From NCBI RefSeq assembly GCF_021869535.1, contig NW_026262581.1, forward strand, positions 128,712,001 through 128,776,000: a DNA stretch of 64,000 nucleotides. The letters are read 5' to 3'. The translations under genes were made by a program, and so were the position numbers. How positions within the stretch are numbered: the first letter of the stretch is position 1; the number at the start of each line of letters is the position of its first letter. Origin of the DNA: Mytilus californianus (Eukaryota). The notes under the pieces are model-generated. The model was not told where the DNA came from and did no database searches. It saw nothing but the letters and a program-made list of their open reading frames with translations. This document shows positions 56,113 through 64,000 of the stretch, in pieces.

Positions 56113-56660
56113 CTACATTTGTGTATTAAAATGTAAAAGTTTTGACCAATTTATGACATCTAGATCCCAGCTTTGTTCTTTAGTAATGACAATATTATGT
56201 TCATCAATATCAAAGACTTTTCTGCAAACATGGGCATAGTGAACCAACTGAGAAATATACTCTACCTTAGAGGAGCCAACAGAACTCCACAATCATTGAG
56301 AGACAGAACAAAAAATTGGAAAGGCAAAGTTTGGTTCATCATACATTTTAGTGTGGGTATTTCCATATAAAATTATAATATCAAGGTTTAGAAAAAGACA
56401 TTGGTCACTGATAATGTTTGATTTAACAAGAATTGGGATTCAGAACCGTAAAGGAATTAATCTGGAATAGCACATGCACATTTACTTCTCATTGGAATAC
56501 CAATCACTTTTGTTTACCTTAGCTCCAGAAGGAAAATACATAATGGCTTTAATCATTTCTTTGTATGTCCAAGATGGGTTTTGTAAGTTTTATTACTTGA
56601 AAGGGAATAAATTGTAATGACTGCAACAAATATAGTTACACCCAGATTCATCTAAGGACT
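56113..56660 (-). pseudogene. Reverse-transcriptase C-terminal fossil (Penelope-like)
   Basis: One frame with several stops: ...CLFLNLDIIILYGNTHTKMYDEPNFAFPIF...EYISQLVHYAHVCRKVFD..., resembling the FLDL-x-TKxYDKR-DFxFPI-YISQLxRxARxC pattern of bivalve retroelement RTs (recalled, not searched). Confidence 0.7.
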
Positions 56661-56749
56661 ATTTATTTAAAGAGGAAAATTTCTCTTTAATAAAATTATG
56701 TAGTAGTGTAGTATAAAAGGAGGAGAAATCATAACTGACAATGGATGAT

Positions 56750-56880
56750 AATGATTGTTGGTGTTTAAAGCCACTTTCAGCACTATTGGCTATGTCATGG
56801 TGGTCAGTTTTTGTAGGTGGAGGAAGCTGGAGTCCCATGAGAGAACCACCAACCTTCGACGGGAAAACTGAATAAATGTT
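56750..56880 (-). mobile_element. 3' fragment of the same V-type SINE family as 25941-26810
   Basis: ggtgtttaaagccactttcagc...gtggaggaagctggag...gagaaccaccaacctt. Confidence 0.65.
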
Positions 56881-57762
56881 AAATGAGTAGTCACATGAAG
56901 TGATTTTTGCTGTTACTGTCATACTTATGATGACTTATGAAAATAATACTTTTCTGCTGTTCAAATCAATTTTGCTTTTCAAGAACAGATGAAGTGAAAT
57001 AAAAACAAAATTATGCAGAATTATTCCTTGGAAGATGCTTACTAGGGTTGCTACTTTAGTCCTGAATGAAAAGTCAAATATGGCTCCAAGAGGCCACAAA
57101 AGGGGTCCAATTGGTCCTAAATTCAAAGATCTTCCAAGAACTACTGAGCCATTTGAAACCAACCTTGTAGAATGTGTTCCTGTAAATCGAAAACTTGATG
57201 AAGTCTCCAATGGAAGATAAAGTTTACATTGAACTGAAAAAACTTTCTATTTTCAAGCAAAATTGGTTACTGTCCCATAACTGGTAAAGCAAATCAAAAA
57301 ATTTCAAAATTGAAACAGCTTTCTTTCACCAATCCAAACAACTGCAAGATTTGAAGTAAATTGATCCAATCAAAATTGAGCTAGTGCACTTCACATGAAA
57401 ATGCCTAAAACTTGACAGTTAGTCAAATAAATTTTCAAAGTCTTAAGAAAGCATGCTTTCTCTAATCCCACCAACAATATTGAGATTGAAGTTAGTTGAT
57501 CCAAATATGATCAAGTTTATGCATGACATGTGAAAACTGCTATACCTTTGGAATGACTTATCAGAAAATTTTCAAAATTTAAAGGAAACTTAATTTACCA
57601 ATTCCACCACTAGTTTGAAGCTTTAGGTAAAACAACATTTGAAAAATTTACATAAATCTGACAGTGTAAGTCCCATAACTCTAGCATGATAAACCATACA
57701 AATTTTCAATAACAAAAGGAAGCTTACTTTCTTACACCTCACAACAGAGTATAAGTTCAAAT

Positions 57763-60593
57763 AAAATGCTTCGCTGGGGCGCAGCTTGATACGACCGCAG
57801 AGGTCGAACCCTGAACAGTTGGGGCAAGTATGGACACAACATTCAAGCTTGATACAGCTCTGAATTTGGATTGTTATTAAATATTTGACACAGCATAGGT
57901 TTCTGACACAGAAAGAATGTGGTCTAAGAACTTGAATTTTTTTAATTTACCTATTATGGTCCAATGTCCAAAATCAAAATACATGGTTAGATTCAGCATA
58001 TCAAAGAACCCCATATATTCAATTTTTGTTAAAATCAAACAAAGTTTAATTTTGGACCCCAACTTGGACAAACTTGAAAACTGGGCCCATAATCAAAAAT
58101 CTAAACACATGTTTAGATTCAGCATATCAAAGAACCCCAAGAATTCAATTTTTGCTATAATCAAACTAAGTTTAATTTTGGACCCTTTGGACCTTAATGT
58201 AGACCAATTTAAAAAACGGGACTTAAAATTAAAAATCTAAATACACGGTTAGATTTGGAATATCAAAGAACCCCAATAATTCAATTTTTGATGAAATCAA
58301 ACAAAGTTTAATTTTGGACCCTTTTGACCTCAATATGAACCAATTTGATAGCGGGGCCCACAAATAAAAAATCTAAATTCATGGTTAGATTCAGCATATC
58401 AAAGAACCCCATATATTCAATTTTTGTTGAAATCAAAAAAAGTTTAATTTTGGACCCCAACTTGGACCAACTTGAAAACTGGGCCCATAATCAAAAATCT
58501 AAACACATGTTTAGATTCAGCATATCAAAGAACCCCAAGAATTCAATTTTTGTTAAAATCAAACTAAGTTTAATTTTGGACCCTTTGGACCTCAATGAAG
58601 ACCAATTTAAAAAACGGGACCCAAATTAAAAATCTAAAAACACGGTTAGATTTGGCATATCAAAGAACCCCAATAATTCAATTTTCGATGAAATCAAACA
58701 AAGTTTAATTTTGGACCCTTTTGACCTCAATATGAACCAATTTGATAGCGGGGCCTACAAATAAAAAATCTAAATACATGGTTAGATTCAGCATATCAAA
58801 GAACCTCATATATTCAATTTTTGTTGAAATCAAACAAAGTTTAATTTTGGACCCCAATTTGGACCAACTTGAAAACTGGGCCCATAATCAAAAATCTAAA
58901 TACATGTTTAGATTCAGCATATCAAAGAACCCCATATATTCAATTTTTGTTGAAATCAAACAAAGTTTAAATACTGGACCCTATCTTGGACCAACTTGAA
59001 AACTGGGCCAATAATAAAAAATCTAAACACATGTTTAGATTCAGCATATCAAAGAACCCCAAGAATTCAATTTTTGTTAAAATCAAACTAAGTTTAATTT
59101 TGGACCCTTTGGACCTCAATGTAGACCAATTTAAAAAACAGGACCCAAAATTAAAAACCTAAATACACGGTTAGATTTGGAATATCAAAGAACCCCAATA
59201 ATTCAATTTTAGATGAAATCAAACAAAGTTTAATTTTGGACCCTTTTGACCTCAATATGAACCAATTAGATAACGGGGTCCACAAATAAAAAATCTAAAT
59301 ACATGGTTAGATTCAGCATATCAAAGAACCCCATATATTCAATTTTTGTTGAAATCAAACAAAGTTTAATTTTGGACCCCAATTTGGACCAACTTGAAAA
59401 CTGGGCCAAAAATCAAAAATCTAAATACATGTTTAGATTCAGCATATCAAAGAACCTCATATATTCAATTTTTGCTAAAATCAAACAAAGTTTAATTTTG
59501 GACCCTTTGGACATTAATGTAGACCAATTTGAAAACTGGACCCAAAATTAAAAATCTAAATACACTGTTAGATTCGGCATAACAAATAAATAAATGTGAT
59601 CAAAGATTTTACAAATCTAATGCGCCATACTGTACAATTAAAGATTACTTCTTGAAATTTTTCAATATTTGAAATTTGAAAAAAAAATAATATTTGAAGA
59701 ATAATTCTTTTTAATTTCTGAAATCTGAAATGAGAAAAAATTGGCCCCCCACAATTTCTTTTTATCCCCCCCCCCCCCCTTTTCCCCCAAAAAAAATTCT
59801 TTCCCTCAAGATATGGTCATAATCTCAATTCAAATTTCCAATGGAGTAGGCAACCATAATTACCCATTTAAATTTACCATAGTGCTAACTTAATCTATTT
59901 TATAATAGAATTAATAAAAATATAGTGTCAAATCTTTCATATGGATTTTTTTGTAAAAAAAATGATGAAAACATTTGCAGATATTTTTACTGGTCTTCCT
60001 TTATAAATATGCATTTCTTTAAACATAATTTAAAAGCAGTGTAAGGGAAGTAACCAAAACGTTGTATTTGGATTACCTCCCTTACACTGTTTTAGATTAT
60101 CTTTATTGTTCATTAACCATTACTTTATACATAATTTAAAAGCAGTGTAAGGGAGATAATTTCAATGATGTATTTGATTTATCTCCCTTACACTGCTTTA
60201 AATTATGTTTTGTACTAAAGTATTTGTCCATTAACCAGGACAACCTTGTTTTTCCCCCTTTTTTGCCCCTAATTCCTAAACGGTTTGAGCCATAACCCCC
60301 CAAAGCAAATCCTAACCATCCCTTTGTGGTATGGAAACTTGTAGTATAATTTCAGAGAGATCCATACACCGTTCCACAGTTATTGTCTGGAAACTAGAAA
60401 ATGCTCATTTTTGGCCCCTTTTTGGCCCCTAATTCCTTAACTGTTGGTACCATAACCCCAAAAATCAATCCCAACCTTCCTTTTGTGGTATTTAACCTTA
60501 TGGTCAAATTTCAAAAAGATCCATTCACTTAAACTAAAGTTAGAGTGCGAAAACCAATATGTATTCGGACGACGACGCCGGACGACGACGCCG

Positions 60594-60634
<41 letters not shown>

Positions 60635-60684
60635 CAACGTCATACCAATATACGACCACAAAATTTTTTTGCGGTCGTATAAAA
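57763..60684 (-). mobile_element. HINE family A, copy with expanded 126-136-bp array and long (GAC)n
   Basis: Reverse complement of the ends of 52479-54394; about 12 monomers at 58000-59580; (GAC)n at about 60569-60633. Confidence 0.88.
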
Positions 60685-61020
60685 AATGTAATCAAAGCAT
60701 ATGTAGTTGGTATGCAATATGTTAACAATTGCAATTCTAAAGGATTAACTCCTGTCACTTTGAAATAAGAGATCATAAGAGACTGAAAATTGCTTTTGTG
60801 GTGACCAATGGTAAGCAAAGTCAGAGCAATGGAATATCATGATATTTCATGTATGACAGGAGTTTAAATGAGACAATTGTAGTCTAGCTGATCTGACATT
60901 GCAGATAGCAATTTTCAGACAGACATCTGGTTCTTAAGTGGATATGGGTTGCTATTTGAAGCAAGATATCCTTGTCAACCAGTAACCAACTTGTTTTTGT
61001 TCTTTAAAATTTTTTAGAGA

Positions 61021-62344
61021 AATAAAAGAACAGAGTTCCAATGTTCCCTGCGTTGCATATATTTTATCTCTCCAAGGGCAATAACTAAAAAGGTACTCTT
61101 TTTTTTTGTTGTTTAAAACAATTTAAAAATATCTTCGAGAAATTAAGGCTTCAGAGCAAATGCAATGTGATTTCCGTTACAATTAATTTTTCCAAGGGGC
61201 ATAACTTCTTAAATATATTTGATCAGCACTTATTTTCGAAAGTGTCAAAGACATTGCTGATATAAACCTATGATATAAGTTTCCTCGTATTCTGGCAAGA
61301 ATTGTACACATGAGAGTGCTAAAAATGCAATTTTCCATATAATCAATATTTCCAAAGGACATAACTCTTTTAAAAATAATTGATCGGCACTTATTTTCGA
61401 ACTCATTAAAAACATTGATGATATAAACCTATAATATAAATTTCATAAAATTCTGGCAAGAATTGTACACATGAGAGCGCTAACGATGCAATTTTCCATA
61501 TAATCAAAATTTCCTAGGGGCACAACTATTTCAAAAATATTTGATCAGCACTAATTTTCGAACTCATCCAAGACATTGCTGATATAAACCTATGATATAA
61601 GTTTCATAAAATTTTGGCAAGAATTGTACACATGAGAGCGCTAAAAATGCAATTTTCCATATAATCAATATTTCCAAGGGACATAACTCTTTTAATAATA
61701 ATTGATCGGCACTGATTTTCGAACTCATTACAAACATTGATGATATAAACCTATAATATAAATTTCATAAAATTCTGGCAAATATTGTACACATGAGGGC
61801 GCTAACGATGCAATTTTCCATATAATCAAAATTTCCTAGGGGCACAACTATTTAAAAAATATTTGATCAGCACTAATTTTCGAACTCATCCAAGACATTG
61901 CTGATATAAACCTATGATATAAGTTTGAAAACAAGCTTTCTGTGAGTATTGCATGGCAATACATAGTCCCCTACCGGTTACAAATTCATTGTAATGGAAC
62001 GAAATTCTAACTCAGACAGACAGACGGAGTGCAAACCTAAAGTCCCCTTCGACTTTGTCGGTAGGGGACTAATAATCTGGCAAGAATTGTACACATGAGA
62101 GCGCGAACGATGTAATTTTCCATATAATTAATGTTTCTAAGGGCATAACTCTTTTAAAAAAAATTGATCAGCAGTTATTTTTGAACTCATCCAAGACATT
62201 GCTAATATAAACCTATGATATAAGTTTCATGAAAATCTGGCAAGAATTGTTCACATGAGAGCGCTAACAAGACCTGGCGGAAGGACGGACAGACGGAAGC
62301 CTGGTATTTCTATGTCCCCCGCAGCGCATTACGCGGGGGACAAT
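61021..62344 (-). mobile_element. HINE family B with about 178-bp repeats, containing a short family C insertion (61928-62075)
   Basis: Ends match the reverse complement of 3755-4277; repeated ctggcaagaattgtacacatgagagcgcta unit. Confidence 0.85.
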
Positions 62345-64000
62345 GAAGGCTTCAGAGCAAATGCAATGCGATTTTTCATTATAATTAATATTTCCAAGGG
62401 GCAATAACTCATTAAAAATATTTGATCAGCACTTTTTTTCGAAAGTCCCAAAGACATTGCTGATATAAACCTATACTACAAGTTTCATAAAATTCTGGCA
62501 AGTATTGTACTCATGAGAGCGCTAACAATGCAATTTTCCAAATATTTAATGTTTCCATGGGGCATAACTCTTTTAATAAATTGCTTCGCTGGGCGCAGCT
62601 GGATACGACTGCAGAGGGTCCATCCCAGAACAGTTGGGGCAAAAATGGACACAATATCGCGCTTGATACAGGTCTGAATTTGGATTGTAATTAAATATTT
62701 GACACATAATAGGTTTCTGACACAGAATAACTGTATTCAAAGAACTTAGAATTGGTTATATGATTTGAATTTATATTCAATTTTTTGCTTTTGTTCATTA
62801 CACTGTGTCTGTGCCAATTGACACCCCCCAAAAAAATAAAAATAAAAATTAACCCCCTTTTTTGTTTGCTTTTGTGCAATACACTATGCTGTTGCTTATT
62901 GAACCCCCCAACCCAAAAAAATCCCCAAATATGTGAAGTAATTTTGTTTAATTTCTGAAATCTGAAATGAGTAAAAATTGCCCCCCCCCCCCCATATTTC
63001 TTTTTACCTCCCCCCCCCCCCCCCCCCCTTTCCAAAAAATTCTTTCCCTCAAGATATGGTCATTATCTCAATTCAAATTTCCAATGGAGTTTGCAACCAT
63101 AATTACCCATTTAAATACATCATAAAAGTCTTAAATAGATAATTCAAAAGCAGTGTAAGGGAGGTAATCCAACATTGAACAATTTTGTTTTTGGATTACC
63201 TCCCTTACACTGCTTTTAAATTGTCCATTAACCAGGAAACCCTTGTTGTTTCTCCTTTTTTGCCCCTAATTCCTAAACGGTTTCAGCCATAACCCCCAAA
63301 GCCAATCCTAACCATCCCTTTGTGGTATAATTTCAGAGAGATCCATACACTTCAACACAAGTTATTGTCTGGAAACTAGAAAAATGCCTTTTTGGACCTC
63401 TTTTTGGCTCCCAATTCTTAAACTGTTAGGACCATAACCCCTTAAATCAATCAAATAAATTTCTATTTACTTATACTAAAGTTATTGTCCGGAAACCAAC
63501 TGTCTTTAGACGACGACGATAACGTGATACCAATATACGACCACAAAATTTGTTTGCAGTCGTATAAAAATAATTGATCGGCACTGATTTTCGAACTCGT
63601 CCAAGACATTGCTGATATAAACCTTTGATACAAGTTTCTTAAAAATCTGGCAAGAATTGTACACATGAGAGCGCTAACGATGCAATTTTTCATATTATCA
63701 ATGTTTCCAAGGGGCATAACTCTTTTAAAAATAATTGATCTGCACTGATTTTCAAACTCGTCAAAGACATTCATCAAAGGAACCTATGATATAAGTTTCA
63801 GAAAATTCTGGCAAGAATTGTACAGGAGAGCGCTAACAATGCAATTTCAATGTAATTGTTTCCAAGCGGCATAACTCTTTTGAAAATAATTGATTTGCAC
63901 TGATTTTCGAAAAAGTCTGAGTCATTACTGATATAAACCTTTGATATAAGTTTCAAAAAATTATGGCAAGAATCGTACATGTGAGAGCACTAACAAGACC
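62345..64000 (-). mobile_element. Further family B repeat array, interrupted by a short family A copy (62580-63570)
   Basis: The 178-bp unit resumes in register after 63570 (taattgatcggcactg); family A termini at 62580 and 63570. Confidence 0.8.

Larger units (their letters stand above)
54973..56660 (-). mobile_element. 5'-truncated, decayed Penelope-like retroelement, interrupted by a HINE at 55194-55658
   Basis: RT-like fossil frame at 56660-56113, followed on the minus strand by non-coding sequence ending gttgtctcattggcaatcataccacatc. Confidence 0.65.

Noticed and set aside
54395-57762. Possible cargo of a composite transposon between inverted family A copies
   Set aside because: The spacer holds only decayed repeats; HINE-type elements do not mobilise as inverted pairs; no shared TSD
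57917-59551. Repeated ORFs MVRFSISKNPIYSIF...
   Set aside because: Translations of the family A internal tandem array
60437-60818. Poly-D, poly-T, poly-S and poly-V ORFs
   Set aside because: Frames across the (GAC)n microsatellite of the HINE

Overview
AT-rich eukaryotic genomic DNA. The repeat families suggest a marine bivalve, probably a mytilid mussel; this is an inference. Bases 1 to about 50.4 kb hold the 3' part of one plus-strand spectraplakin gene (dystonin/MACF1/Drosophila short stop orthologue). I chained 51 GT-AG coding exons by hand with consistent phases: 10,047 nt, or 3,348 aa plus stop. They encode a spectrin-repeat rod, two EF-hands, a GAR (GAS2-related) microtubule-binding domain and a Ser/Arg-rich tail ending in an SKIP EB1-binding motif; the stop is at 49575-49577 and an AATAAA at 50373. 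Introns and the downstream 13.6 kb are packed with Helentron-associated-type (HINE/pearl-like) elements carrying internal satellite arrays, tRNA-derived SINEs, TIR MITEs, a hairpin-ended element and a fossil Penelope-like retroelement. Two signals stand out beyond this annotation. First, a battery of small frame-preserving candidate cassette exons/microexons lies inside and just after the GAR domain and in the C-tail; one 33-nt microexon is present in two copies with an identical core. Second, decayed 'echoes' of exon ends recur in adjacent introns, culminating in a 75-bp minisatellite built from an exon end plus its 5' splice site. All splicing calls for the small exons are predictions from sequence alone and need RNA-seq.
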